This document shows, piece by piece, positions 18,119-27,886 of a DNA stretch of 64,000 bases. The notes under the pieces are model-generated. The model worked only from the letters and a program-made list of their open reading frames with translations. It did not search any database and had not been told where the DNA came from. The stretch comes from Chthonomonadales bacterium (GTDB lineage Bacteria > Armatimonadota > Chthonomonadetes > Chthonomonadales > CAJBBX01). The number at the start of each line of letters is the position of its first letter. Position 1 is the stretch's first letter. A program made the translations under genes and the position numbers. The stretch covers positions 1-64,000 of the forward strand of contig JBBIPC010000018.1 in assembly GCA_037443035.1 (NCBI GenBank). The letters are read 5' to 3'.

Positions 18119-19593
18119 GACACTGCACCCCATCGTTACCATCCACCTTCCAAGCTATCGCGCTCGCAGCGCTTGCTGTTGCGGTGACCAGCATAGCAAG
18201 CCGAGATCGAGAGAGGCTGACGATGCCAGGCACCATGCACGGGATTCAGGACACGAGCAACGCCGCTCAGCAATCGAAACAGCTCCACCGCCTCGAGATC
18301 ACAGGTCTCTACGTGACGCCACCTGACTCAACCCATGGGCACTATCTGGACTTCTACCGTGCGTGCGGCTACAACTACCTAGAGTTCTGCGAGCTGGGCT
18401 GGTCCATACGCCCCGATCAGCACTTCTCGTACTATGCGGATCTCGCCTCTAGGATCGCCAGCGCCAAGAAGCGCGGCTTTGCCGTCTGGATTCTTCTGTT
18501 GGCAGGCATGCGGCAGTGGAAGGGGCCCGAGACCAAAGGAGATCCGGGGACCTTCAGCGCACTGGAGAAGGACGCGCTGGAGGAGCGGCTCTCATATATC
18601 CGCCGTGCAGTGCGCAGCCTTCCTCAGGCGGATGGATTCGTGTTCTTTGCTGGGGACCCAGGTGGCGATCGCCAGGGTAGGAGCACCATCCGTGATTGTA
18701 TCAGCTTTGCCCAACGTGTTCACGAGATCGTTCGGCAAGAAGCGCCTCACGCGGGTTTCGCCATCAACCTCTGGGCAGTAGCGGAGTGGGCCGGTTACCC
18801 GTCCGCCTTCTCCGCAGAATTCTGGCGCAAGCAACCGCAGCTCTCGAGGATCGTTGCCGAGGAGCCAGGTCTGCTGGGGCCAGGCTGTGGCGTGAGCTTC
18901 TCCTTGGATAGCTATTACCGGTCTCTTGCCCTCACGTGCTTTTCGGACTTGCGCGAGACCCCTCCGCTCTATCCTACGGCGTCGGATCTTGCGCATCTGC
19001 GCAAGCGCGGCGTGGCACCCGTCTTGGGTTGGCCGTACTTCCTCGTAGACGAATGCGACGACGGCTTCGTCACTCCGAACAACGTCGCCACGGGCGGACA
19101 GAGCCAATCCGAGACGCGTTACATCCACGACATCATCCAGCGCGGCAGAGACCTGGGCCTGGATGGCATGGTGGCGAACGCCGCTTATGTCGAGGCGGAG
19201 CAACTGAACATCTACGCCTTTGCGCAGATGTGCCACAATCCCAGGCTGACGCCTGCCGACGTGCTGGATCGCTACGCTCGCTTCGTCGCTACGTCCTCCA
19301 CAAGAAGGGCACTCAGTCGGGTTCTCCGCTTCATCGAGAACCACTCGAGCTGGCACAACAGCCTGCCACCTGCGTACCGGCTTCCTGACCTGGACTGCGG
19401 CGACCTGAACAGTGCGGAACAGGCACTGACGTTGCTCGATTCCGTGCGTCCACGCCCGAACGCGCCCGACCTTCTGCCGGAACCGCCAGCGACCTATCTT
19501 CAGCGGCTGAAGCGAAGATTGCAGGCCATTGCCGCTGGCAATGTTGGTGGACCTAACCCGCACTACGTTCCTCAGAGCCGACCTGCACGGTAG
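18115..19593 (+). CDS. Hypothetical exported protein, putative TIM-barrel glycoside hydrolase (DG-x6-DPGG paralog 1)
   Basis: N-terminal hydrophobic signal IALAALAVAVTSIA, CGYNYLEF and ADGFVFFAGDPGG. ATGA overlap, within the catabolic operon. Confidence 0.6.
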   Translation: MRHCTPSLPSTFQAIALAALAVAVTSIASRDRERLTMPGTMHGIQDTSNAAQQSKQLHRLEITGLYVTPPDSTHGHYLDFYRACGYNYLEFCELGWSIRPDQHFSYYADLASRIASAKKRGFAVWILLLAGMRQWKGPETKGDPGTFSALEKDALEERLSYIRRAVRSLPQADGFVFFAGDPGGDRQGRSTIRDCISFAQRVHEIVRQEAPHAGFAINLWAVAEWAGYPSAFSAEFWRKQPQLSRIVAEEPGLLGPGCGVSFSLDSYYRSLALTCFSDLRETPPLYPTASDLAHLRKRGVAPVLGWPYFLVDECDDGFVTPNNVATGGQSQSETRYIHDIIQRGRDLGLDGMVANAAYVEAEQLNIYAFAQMCHNPRLTPADVLDRYARFVATSSTRRALSRVLRFIENHSSWHNSLPPAYRLPDLDCGDLNSAEQALTLLDSVRPRPNAPDLLPEPPATYLQRLKRRLQAIAAGNVGGPNPHYVPQSRPAR

Positions 19594-19604
19594 CCACGCG
19601 TGCC

Positions 19605-21596
19605 ATGGTGTCCCCTTCCCCACCGTGCAAACCGCGAACACCTGGCCTCACGAGCGCTGGCGGCATCACAGTCCGAGCGCTGGTGCTGGGACTCGTTCTG
19701 ATGCTAGTCCATACCGTCTGGTTGATTTACGAAGAGCTCGCGCTGTCCCACATTGGTACTCCGAGCATCTTCACTCTTGTCCAGACCGTCATTGGCACGA
19801 TGTTCGCGCTCATGCTGCTGAATTCAGCTCTGCGGCGCTGGAAGCCGAAGTGGGTCTTGACACCGCCGGAGTTCATGGTCGTGTTCACCATGATGACGAT
19901 AGGAGCGGTCGTAACATCGGTCAAGCTGCTCCACTATCTGTTTCCGACGATCCTGTGGCCCTCGTACATGCCGATCCAGAGCGGCGGTCCCACCGCTGCC
20001 TCTAACCTAGCATCCTTCCTTAGGCCACGTGAACCCCGAGTCGTCGAGTGGTTCTTCGTCGGGACGCGGAGTTTCTGGGCTTTTTTTCGGCCCGAGATCC
20101 TAAGGGCGTGGCTGGTGCCGCTCGGCTTCTGGGCCGCGTTTTTCTTCTTGCTCCTGTGGACCATGCTCTGCCTTGCGTCCTTGGTCAGGAGACCCTGGGT
20201 GGACCAGGAGAAGGTCCCGTTCCCCGTCATCGAGCTACCCATCATGATGGCCAGAGACAACGACGCCAAACGGCTCTTCTCCAATCGGTTGCTGTTGCTG
20301 GGATTCGTGCCGACTGTGTTGTTACTCTCGGAGAACTACTTGGGGTCGCTCTTCCCTGGGTTTCCTACCATCAAACTGGCAGAACAGGACATCGGCACAC
20401 CGTATCTCACCTCGGCGCCCTGGAGCAGCGTCAACCCTTTGTTGACGGTCTGGTGGCCGTATGCTCTCGGCCTTTGCTACCTCATCCCGCTGGACGTCCT
20501 GTTCAGCTGCTGGTTCTTCTTCGTGGCTTTTCGCCTTGTTCTCGTGATAGCCACCGCGGTGGGTTGGCGTTCTCCCGGTAGTGCGTGGGATCTGTCTCAG
20601 TTCCCGTACGTCGGCAACGCCGCCGAGGGGGCGTGGCTCGGCATGTTCTTGGCGATCGTGTGGAACGCCCGGCGATTCGTGTCTGCGTTAGTTCGCGCCA
20701 TGCTTCGCCGACAGCCCGTACCAGGGGACGCAGAAGAGGCGATGCCGTACCGCCTGGCGTTGATCGGTACGGCGGCAGGCTACGGCGCGCTCGTATGGCT
20801 TGGCGTCCTGGCAGGCATGCGCCTGTCCGTCTCTCTGCTGGCATTCGCCCTGTTCTTCCTAGCGATAGTCGTGCTTACGCGGATGTACGCTCAGGTCGCC
20901 ATGCCAGTGTTCTGCATGGCGTTCTTCAGTTTCACGTCGTGGACAACTGCCCTGTTCGGTACGGCCAACCTGACGCGACCCGAGATGGCGAGCCTGACCA
21001 CGTTCTACTGGTTCGACAGGACGTACGAAACCATCCCCATGGGCCATCACATGGAGGCTTTCGTCTTTGCCGACCGGCTACGTCAGAGTAGACGAGCCAT
21101 GTTCTGGGTTGTCCTGGGAACTACCCTGGTTGCCGTCGTGATCGGCATGGTGACGCTCCTGCAGATCTTCTACGACCGCGGCGCTGCATCCGCACGAGTG
21201 TCCCAAGACTCGACATGGCTCGCGGGCTATGCGTGGTCGCGGTATGCCGAGTGGACAGCCAGCCCGAAATCCTTCGAGGCCGCTCCAATTCTCCGCGGAG
21301 CTGTGTCTGCGGCCATTGTCTTGCTGCTCAGCTACGCGCGAACCTTGTGGATCGGCTTTCCTCTTCACCCCATCGGTTACCTATTCACGGTCAGCTTCGC
21401 TCTCGAGTGGGGTATGTGGAACATCGTCTTCGTGACATGGCTTGTCAAGTGGCTCATCGTACGCTACGGAGGTCTGCGCGCCTACCGTAGCTCCGTCTCG
21501 TTCTTCCTCGGCCTTGCGTTGGGTGACGCCGTTGCCCACTTCGTCTGGGGGGTGGGGCTGAGCCTGGCTGGCGCCAGAGGCGCCTCGCCATACTGA
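19605..21596 (+). CDS. Large polytopic membrane protein, DUF6785/DUF6784-like, putative transporter
   Basis: 663 aa with many hydrophobic segments. Motifs TVRALVLG, W..PL..W, R.PWVDQEKVPFP..ELP, YLIPLDVLFS.WFF, FPLHPIGY and WLVK.LI.RYGG..Y.....FF.GL.LG, recalled from this family. Confidence 0.7.
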   Translation: MVSPSPPCKPRTPGLTSAGGITVRALVLGLVLMLVHTVWLIYEELALSHIGTPSIFTLVQTVIGTMFALMLLNSALRRWKPKWVLTPPEFMVVFTMMTIGAVVTSVKLLHYLFPTILWPSYMPIQSGGPTAASNLASFLRPREPRVVEWFFVGTRSFWAFFRPEILRAWLVPLGFWAAFFFLLLWTMLCLASLVRRPWVDQEKVPFPVIELPIMMARDNDAKRLFSNRLLLLGFVPTVLLLSENYLGSLFPGFPTIKLAEQDIGTPYLTSAPWSSVNPLLTVWWPYALGLCYLIPLDVLFSCWFFFVAFRLVLVIATAVGWRSPGSAWDLSQFPYVGNAAEGAWLGMFLAIVWNARRFVSALVRAMLRRQPVPGDAEEAMPYRLALIGTAAGYGALVWLGVLAGMRLSVSLLAFALFFLAIVVLTRMYAQVAMPVFCMAFFSFTSWTTALFGTANLTRPEMASLTTFYWFDRTYETIPMGHHMEAFVFADRLRQSRRAMFWVVLGTTLVAVVIGMVTLLQIFYDRGAASARVSQDSTWLAGYAWSRYAEWTASPKSFEAAPILRGAVSAAIVLLLSYARTLWIGFPLHPIGYLFTVSFALEWGMWNIVFVTWLVKWLIVRYGGLRAYRSSVSFFLGLALGDAVAHFVWGVGLSLAGARGASPY

Positions 21597-21609
21597 GAAG
21601 CATGACGCC

Positions 21610-22764
21610 ATGAATACTCGCCCCCAGCCTCGCGCACCGGATTGGGAGTTGCGCTTCGAAGATGTCTCGGATGAAGTGCTCTCGGTAATGCCCGGCGAAT
21701 CCACCAAGACAATCGTGGATCCTCTCATCGAGCGGGAGCTTCGCTGGGAACAGGACGTCTATTGTCCAGCCTTCACCATTCACGAGGATCGGATCGTTGG
21801 CCTGTACCGGGCATATGGTGAGGACGAACAGTGGCGACTGGGTTACGCGTGGAGCGAGGATGGTCTGACGTTCCAGCGGTCCGACAAGCCTGTACTCTAC
21901 GGTCGGCCGGAGCATGCTTTCCTAGCGTCCATCTGTGTCGACCCAACGGTGAGTGTATCGTTCGGCGATCCTCGAATCGTGGCTGGTGAGGACGGACGCT
22001 ACTACGCGTTGTTCAACGTTTTCCAGCACACGGTGGCGCAGCAGCAGGAGCTCTTCGTGGCCTCATCCGCCGATGCGCGAGAGTGGGTCATCCATGGTCG
22101 CGCGTTTGCCAAGACTGCCCCCACCGACTGGGAGGTCGTACCGGAGAAGAAGCCGTGGCGCTTCCCCCATCCCGCCATCGTCACCCGTCTCGTTCAGGGA
22201 CGCTTCGTAGCGGCGCGCATCCACGGTCGTTACTGGATGTACCTCAACTGCCTCTCCACCATCGGCCGACCGTGCCTCTGCGTGGCAACCTCGGATAATC
22301 TGAAGGACTGGGAGGTGCTACGGGATAGACGAGGAGGTCTTGTGCACCCCATGGCGCCACGTCCACATCGGTTCGACAGCTTCTACACAGATACAACAGC
22401 AGCCATCCTGCGTGAAGACGGCATCCTGTTGCTCTACAATGGCATCAATGACGACCCGACAAGGCTCGGTGATCCGGGCCTGATGCAATACGCTCACTAC
22501 CCAGCACAAGCACTGTTCGAGCGGGAAAACCCGCCAAAGCTGCTCCGCCGCAGCGAGCACCCGTACCGGATCCACGTAACACGCTTGGAGTGCCGTCCGC
22601 GCGTGTTCTGGCACGCGCCACTCTACGAGTCGTGGTGCCTCGTCCCGTGGAAAGATCACTTGCTACTCTACTGGAACCATGGATTTGGGCGGCGCGCAGT
22701 TGGTTTGTGGCGCAGTCCGCTACCCGCACGTCCGCACGCGCTCGACGTAGGAACGTGGACATGA
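21610..22764 (+). CDS. Five-bladed beta-propeller glycosidase/phosphorylase, GH130-like (divergent)
   Basis: PAF.......LYRA, RLGYA.SEDG..F.R...PVL, DPRI, YWMY, ATSDNL.DW, FDS, GILLLYNG and QALF. Confidence 0.65.
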   Translation: MNTRPQPRAPDWELRFEDVSDEVLSVMPGESTKTIVDPLIERELRWEQDVYCPAFTIHEDRIVGLYRAYGEDEQWRLGYAWSEDGLTFQRSDKPVLYGRPEHAFLASICVDPTVSVSFGDPRIVAGEDGRYYALFNVFQHTVAQQQELFVASSADAREWVIHGRAFAKTAPTDWEVVPEKKPWRFPHPAIVTRLVQGRFVAARIHGRYWMYLNCLSTIGRPCLCVATSDNLKDWEVLRDRRGGLVHPMAPRPHRFDSFYTDTTAAILREDGILLLYNGINDDPTRLGDPGLMQYAHYPAQALFERENPPKLLRRSEHPYRIHVTRLECRPRVFWHAPLYESWCLVPWKDHLLLYWNHGFGRRAVGLWRSPLPARPHALDVGTWT

Positions 22765-22865
22765 GCCTGCGACGGGAGGCAGGCGGCCACATACACCTAT
22801 CCTCCGACATGCGCGTGCTCCCTTCATGAATCGGAAGACGCATCCAGTACCCGGAGGACTAGAAC

Positions 22866-24347
22866 ATGATGCACCCTGACGGAAACGAGAACAAGATCGT
22901 CGGCATGTACGTGCACCAGCATTGGCCGTACAATCATCCCTACTGTGCTCGCACCTGGACACTCGAAGACTGGCACGGCTACGCCGACGGGCTCTGGAAG
23001 CTTGGCTACAACGCGATTCTCATTTGGCCAGTTCTCGAGACCATACCGGACCCTGCCACGCCCAGCGATGTGGCACATCTCGAGAAAACCGCCCGCGTCA
23101 TTGACATGCTCCACGATGAGTTTCGCATGCGCGTGTGGCTTGCCCTCTGTCCCAACGTGGTGCCCGACGATGAAGCTGCCGCCTGCTCCACGTACGAGCG
23201 CAGGCACTTCTTCTCCTGCGATAGACGGGCGAATCCAGCCGATCCCGCAGCAGTGGCAGACCTCTTGCGGCGGCGTCGCAGACTGCTCGGGTATCTTCGG
23301 GCAGCCGACGGCGTGAGCATCATAGACAGCGACCCAGGAGGCTATCCTGGCTCGACGAACCAGGAGTTCGTGGACCTGCTCATTGCGCACCGCGAGCTTC
23401 TGGACGACCTCAGGAGCGGTATCGAGCTGATCTACTGGATGCACGCAGGGTGGCTCGGTTACAACCGCTTCTACGAGACTGGCGTCCTCTCGTTCTCCAC
23501 GGACGAGGAGAATCTCGACTGTCTTCGCCGCCTGCTGGCCGCCAATCCGGAACCGTGGGGTCTGGCGAACGGCCTGCCGCTTGCCGAGCACTTGGGTATC
23601 GCTGACCGTGTCATCAGTTTCAACTATGGCCGCATCGAAGGCGAGCCGTCGTTCCCTCTCACGAACTTCGGTGGCTCTGCAGCCTACGACGGGGGAGCTG
23701 CGCCGGGGCCGCGCGGCGTTATGGGCAATGCCCAGACCCATTGCGTTCAGTTGCCCAATACCTTTGCCTTCGCTCGGGGTGCCCAGCACAGACCCGTCAC
23801 AGAAGCGGACTACGTTCAGTTCGCGGACGACCTCGTGCCTGGCCTTGGTACCACCATCGTCGAGGGCTGGAAAGCACTCGCATCTGAGGATAGCAGGACG
23901 ATGCTCGAGGCGACGCGAGCGCTCGAACGCGCAGCACAGCGCTGCCACAACCCCGGCCCTCTCGGCGGTCTACTGTTCGGCAATCCGGAGCGGTTCGTTA
24001 GCGATTTGTGCATGCAGCTTCGCATGCGCGCACCCTGGGTGGAAATGATGCACGCCGCAGGTACTCCGCCGAGAGGCACCATACGCGCCTTTGCGGAAGC
24101 GGCCTCGGCTTGGCAAGCGCGCCACGGCTACGAGAACGTTTGGTGGTGGCCGAGTCTGGACGAGACACTTCGGAGGATCGGTTCACCGGAAATCAATGCC
24201 GTTCTGGATACTCTCTACAACCCGTTCGGTCCCATGCCGCCAGGTCTTCGCCAGTCGCCATTCGAGTATGTTGCCTACAAGCTCAGAGAGGGTGAAAGCT
24301 TCACACCACGCCTGCTGCACGCTCTGCGTCGGACCTCGGATGCGTGA
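22866..24347 (+). CDS. Hypothetical cytoplasmic protein, putative TIM-barrel glycoside hydrolase (DG-x6-DPGG paralog 2)
   Basis: RBS GGAGGA. GMYVHQHW.YNHPY, LGYNAILIWP and ADGVSIIDSDPGG. No signal peptide. Confidence 0.6.
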   Translation: MMHPDGNENKIVGMYVHQHWPYNHPYCARTWTLEDWHGYADGLWKLGYNAILIWPVLETIPDPATPSDVAHLEKTARVIDMLHDEFRMRVWLALCPNVVPDDEAAACSTYERRHFFSCDRRANPADPAAVADLLRRRRRLLGYLRAADGVSIIDSDPGGYPGSTNQEFVDLLIAHRELLDDLRSGIELIYWMHAGWLGYNRFYETGVLSFSTDEENLDCLRRLLAANPEPWGLANGLPLAEHLGIADRVISFNYGRIEGEPSFPLTNFGGSAAYDGGAAPGPRGVMGNAQTHCVQLPNTFAFARGAQHRPVTEADYVQFADDLVPGLGTTIVEGWKALASEDSRTMLEATRALERAAQRCHNPGPLGGLLFGNPERFVSDLCMQLRMRAPWVEMMHAAGTPPRGTIRAFAEAASAWQARHGYENVWWWPSLDETLRRIGSPEINAVLDTLYNPFGPMPPGLRQSPFEYVAYKLREGESFTPRLLHALRRTSDA

Positions 24348-26337
24348 GGCTGCAGCTACAACTCCAACCATGGGCATCGCTAGTCCAGCCGACCGACGTA
24401 GGTACGCCGCGATGCTAGCCTGCGTCGTGGCGGCCGCATCCCTTTCGTCCTCCCAGCCGTCCGATGGAGCATCGACTATGAAGGAACGCTTTGTCCCGTT
24501 GCGCGGCATGACAGTTGTTGGTCCGGCTGTGCCCACCGATCCGGAGTGTCTTGCTGCAGCCCGTTTCGTCAGGGAGATCCGCCGCACTAGCGGCCTTACG
24601 CTGCCAGTCGTATGGGATGACGCGATGCCCACGGGGCCAGCAATCCTCGTGGGCAACCGGGCCACGCTAGGGCGCCTGCTGGCGGCGCATGCGTATCCGA
24701 GTCCCAAGGAACGCGATGGAGAGGATGTCGGCCGGCAGTCGTATGTTCTCGACGTCCTGTCGGGTCGCGGATCTCGGCGGCCGATCGTGCTTGCGCTTGG
24801 ACAGGGTCTGGAGCGTACAGCCCGCGGGCACTTGGGCACCAGTTATGCCCTCGGTGAGCTCCTCCGTCGCCTGGACGTGCGCAAGGGGGTATGGGGGTTT
24901 GCGCTTCCTGCTGGTCCTCTGGTGGCCTCACCGCACGTGCCGAACCGTACCCTCTACATCATGAACAGCAGTCTCAAGAATCCCGGACTCTCCTTGGAAT
25001 ACTTCAGCGATGAACAGCTGGAAGAATACGTTGACCGCCTGGTGGAAGCGCGTTATTCGCGGGTCTGTTTCTGGCAATGGTCCGAGTACTACCTCTACCC
25101 CGGCAATGTGCCGACCGTCCGCGCCGAGAGCGAGCGGACCCACCAGGTCATGCGCAAGTTCTTCGCCTACGCCCGACGTCGCGGTCTCGAGACCTATCAC
25201 ATGCTTACGCCATCACACGTAAAGGCCGAACTGCTCCCGAACGAAACAAGGTTCCGAGCGACTGGCTACTACGGTCCGTTCTCCATCTGCTGGAGCCAGC
25301 CAGAAGCGCGGGCGCTTGCACGAGAAGTCGCACGCACGGAGATGGAGTATTTCGGACCAATGGACGGATACATGGTCTGGTTCTACGATCCCGGAGGCTG
25401 TTTTTGCTCGGAATGCGCTGCCCATCAGTCCGAACGCATCTTCGATCAGTTCACGACCGTGGTGGACCTGGCGCGCACCATCAGCCCCAATGCACGGTTT
25501 CAGGCGGCTCTCTGGCCCACGTGGGCTTTCGCACGCCAGACCGAAGGTATCGGCCATCCTGGGCGCGGCTATACAGAGACAGAGGTGCGCGATATGGTCC
25601 GGGACTTCCTCAGGCGGTGCCTGGAGCGTTTCGGACGGCGCAATTTGACCATCATTGACAGTTGCGAAGGAGACGAAACCAACATCTACAATGGCAATGT
25701 GGACCCGGCCCAATTCCGCCGCTGCGCGTTCATGTACTCGGTGCTCGGCATGACCAGTGAGCAAGCGTACCCGTTTCCTCACTTTCGGCTGAAGTATCTC
25801 GCCGACCAAATGAGCAAGGCTCGCGACCGTGGCTTAGAAGAGGCCATGCTATTCTTGCAGTACTCCGCCACGAACTTTCCATTGGTCTACACATTCGCGG
25901 ATACCCTGTACGAAGGCGGTCCGGACTGGACAACGACCGCAGACCGTCTTGCTGCTACCTACTCCAAGGGTGATGCCCGCTCAACGTTCAGGCAGTTTCT
26001 GCAAGCCGAGGAAGATCTCTCCACAGCTCAGTCAACGCAGTCCATGGTTTCGGCTGTCGAAAGGCTCGAGCGATCTGCCACGAAACTAGTTACTTCCGAT
26101 GGCTTCGTGGGCGACCGTGAATGGCTCAGGGGATACGTCCTCGCTCAGCGCTACTACCTACAGATGGCGATGGCCACGAGCGACGCCGATCTTGCTGATA
26201 CCCTTGCCCGCTTCAAGCACGCTCTCTCTTCGATACCTATGTACCGGGACTATGCACAGCGAACTCTGGACGCTTCACTCGTCCGAACTCACCTGAAGGC
26301 TCTCTGGAATACAGCATTGGCCCACGGGAAGCCGTGA
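24340..26337 (+). CDS. Hypothetical exported protein, putative glycoside hydrolase with GH20/GH67-like N-terminal domain (DG-x6-DPGG paralog 3)
   Basis: Signal-like RRRYAAMLACVVAAASLS. N-domain AA..F..EI....GL.LP...ILVG...QSYVL...G..YA.GELLR and P....R. Core MDGYMVWFYDPGGCFCSEC. Start uncertain (24340 or 24370). Confidence 0.6.
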   Translation: MREAAATTPTMGIASPADRRRYAAMLACVVAAASLSSSQPSDGASTMKERFVPLRGMTVVGPAVPTDPECLAAARFVREIRRTSGLTLPVVWDDAMPTGPAILVGNRATLGRLLAAHAYPSPKERDGEDVGRQSYVLDVLSGRGSRRPIVLALGQGLERTARGHLGTSYALGELLRRLDVRKGVWGFALPAGPLVASPHVPNRTLYIMNSSLKNPGLSLEYFSDEQLEEYVDRLVEARYSRVCFWQWSEYYLYPGNVPTVRAESERTHQVMRKFFAYARRRGLETYHMLTPSHVKAELLPNETRFRATGYYGPFSICWSQPEARALAREVARTEMEYFGPMDGYMVWFYDPGGCFCSECAAHQSERIFDQFTTVVDLARTISPNARFQAALWPTWAFARQTEGIGHPGRGYTETEVRDMVRDFLRRCLERFGRRNLTIIDSCEGDETNIYNGNVDPAQFRRCAFMYSVLGMTSEQAYPFPHFRLKYLADQMSKARDRGLEEAMLFLQYSATNFPLVYTFADTLYEGGPDWTTTADRLAATYSKGDARSTFRQFLQAEEDLSTAQSTQSMVSAVERLERSATKLVTSDGFVGDREWLRGYVLAQRYYLQMAMATSDADLADTLARFKHALSSIPMYRDYAQRTLDASLVRTHLKALWNTALAHGKP

Positions 26338-26388
26338 CCAGCGGAGTCGAAGCTAGAGCAGTGGAACTGGCAAGATCGTCCCTTGTCG

Positions 26389-27684
26389 TCACACGAGCGG
26401 TGCTGACAGATCCATGGGATGTGGACCAGCGACAACCTCGAGGTCCTGTCGCTGCTCCACTTCTTCCAAGAGCGGTTCGGACACTTCGAGCAAGTCTACC
26501 TGCTCCGTATTGCGAATGCGTGCGAGCCGTACCGCTTTCCGGTCACCTCGACCACACATGCCAATGGCCGCTCGCACAGCAGCTTCCGGCGTCTCCAGAA
26601 CGATGGGTATGCCTCCCCGATATGCTCCGCCTTCTTGACTCGTCCGATGGTTCGTACAAGTCGCCGACAAATCCACCTGCTCGAGAAGATGGCGGGTGAC
26701 GATGTCGGCGAGATGGAGACCGGCAGCATTGCCGTGGGTTTTCTCGGTAAGCGAGAGCGTCACGACCATCCGCACGTTAGGACCGTCCCATTCAGTCTCC
26801 GGGATGGAGGGCATGCGAACTCTGCCAATAACGTGCGTATCCATGCCCGTACCGCTGATGTCCTTCCCCATCTCATCCACCACGAGGACATCGAGATCGT
26901 CGAATGCCAGTCGCGGGGCGAGATCACGTGCACGATCGAGAAGGCGCTTCTCTCCTTCCCTACCAATCTCGCGCGCTGTCACCGCGTGGATTTCGGCTGT
27001 CTGCCCGTATGGATTTTCGATGATCCCGATCCCACCGACGACGGAACCGGCTTCGACCAGGCGCCTGCCGATCTCCGGCATGATATGGCGGAGGCCATCT
27101 GCTCCAAACCGATGGATGCGCTCTGCGCCCTGGCGCTTGCCAAGCCCGATCGCGCACATCTTGCATAGCCCGCTCTCGATGGGTCCTTTGAAATCCGTAT
27201 GGTGCTTGATCCGATTCACCACCACCACGGCGTCCGCTTCGGAGGCGTAGCGATCGAAGAAGATCGGATAACCATCATCCAAGGCGCCGAGCTGGACAAC
27301 CTCCATGGTTGCCCGAACCGGTACCCCCATGATCTCCTCGCTGATTCCATAGGAGGCGAGGATGCCCGCCTGGCCTTCGGCTGTGGCGCCACCGTGGCTA
27401 CCCATGGCCGGGACGATGAACGGGCGGCAGCCATGACCGATCAGTTCCGAAATCACGGACCGCACAACCGTCGCAATGTTCGCGATGCCGCGGCTTCCGA
27501 CGCCAACGGCAACCGACGCCCCTGCACGTAGGCGAGGATCGGCCAGAAGCCGCTGGAGCGCCCTTCTTGCCGCGCCTGCGACGTCGTTTAGCGCTGGAGG
27601 TGTGATTCGATGCCGCACCCGCCAAACTTCCGGCAGATGAAGATCGGGGAAATCGAAGGCATGTGTGTCGAGGTTCAGTGTCAT
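26389..27684 (-). CDS. Lactate-racemase (LarA/DUF2088)-like domain protein
   Basis: VAVGVGSRGIANI, PFIVPAMGSHGGATAEGQ, NRIKHHTDF, ESGLCKM..IGLGK..GA, DEMGKDISGTGMD and RIRNT. Confidence 0.7.
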   Translation of the reverse strand: MTLNLDTHAFDFPDLHLPEVWRVRHRITPPALNDVAGAARRALQRLLADPRLRAGASVAVGVGSRGIANIATVVRSVISELIGHGCRPFIVPAMGSHGGATAEGQAGILASYGISEEIMGVPVRATMEVVQLGALDDGYPIFFDRYASEADAVVVVNRIKHHTDFKGPIESGLCKMCAIGLGKRQGAERIHRFGADGLRHIMPEIGRRLVEAGSVVGGIGIIENPYGQTAEIHAVTAREIGREGEKRLLDRARDLAPRLAFDDLDVLVVDEMGKDISGTGMDTHVIGRVRMPSIPETEWDGPNVRMVVTLSLTEKTHGNAAGLHLADIVTRHLLEQVDLSATCTNHRTSQEGGAYRGGIPIVLETPEAAVRAAIGMCGRGDRKAVRLARIRNTEQVDLLEVSEPLLEEVEQRQDLEVVAGPHPMDLSAPLV

Positions 27685-27886
27685 GTCTAGTCCCGGCAGG
27701 ATCGCGCAGTGTTCCTGGAGAACCCTCCACCAGAATGGACCGGACCCGGGCTCCGCAGTATCATCGAGATTACCTTAGATCGTAGCGGTCTCGGCATGCC
27801 CGCGCGGGGCACGTGCTCTGTTCCATATCCCGCGGCCGAGCCAGAACCCGTAACGCGAATGCCGCCATCGAATGGAGAAGGTTGAC

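Noticed and set aside
22824..23948. 374-aa minus-strand ORF (similarly 18592-19641, 11983-13032, 57071-58051 and the plus-strand 52287-53207)
   Set aside because: Antisense shadows of well-supported genes, expected at high GC.
26334..26699. 121-aa plus-strand ORF overlapping the last operon stop (GTGA)
   Set aside because: Lies mostly antisense to the LarA-like gene and shows no motifs, so the overlap is probably chance.
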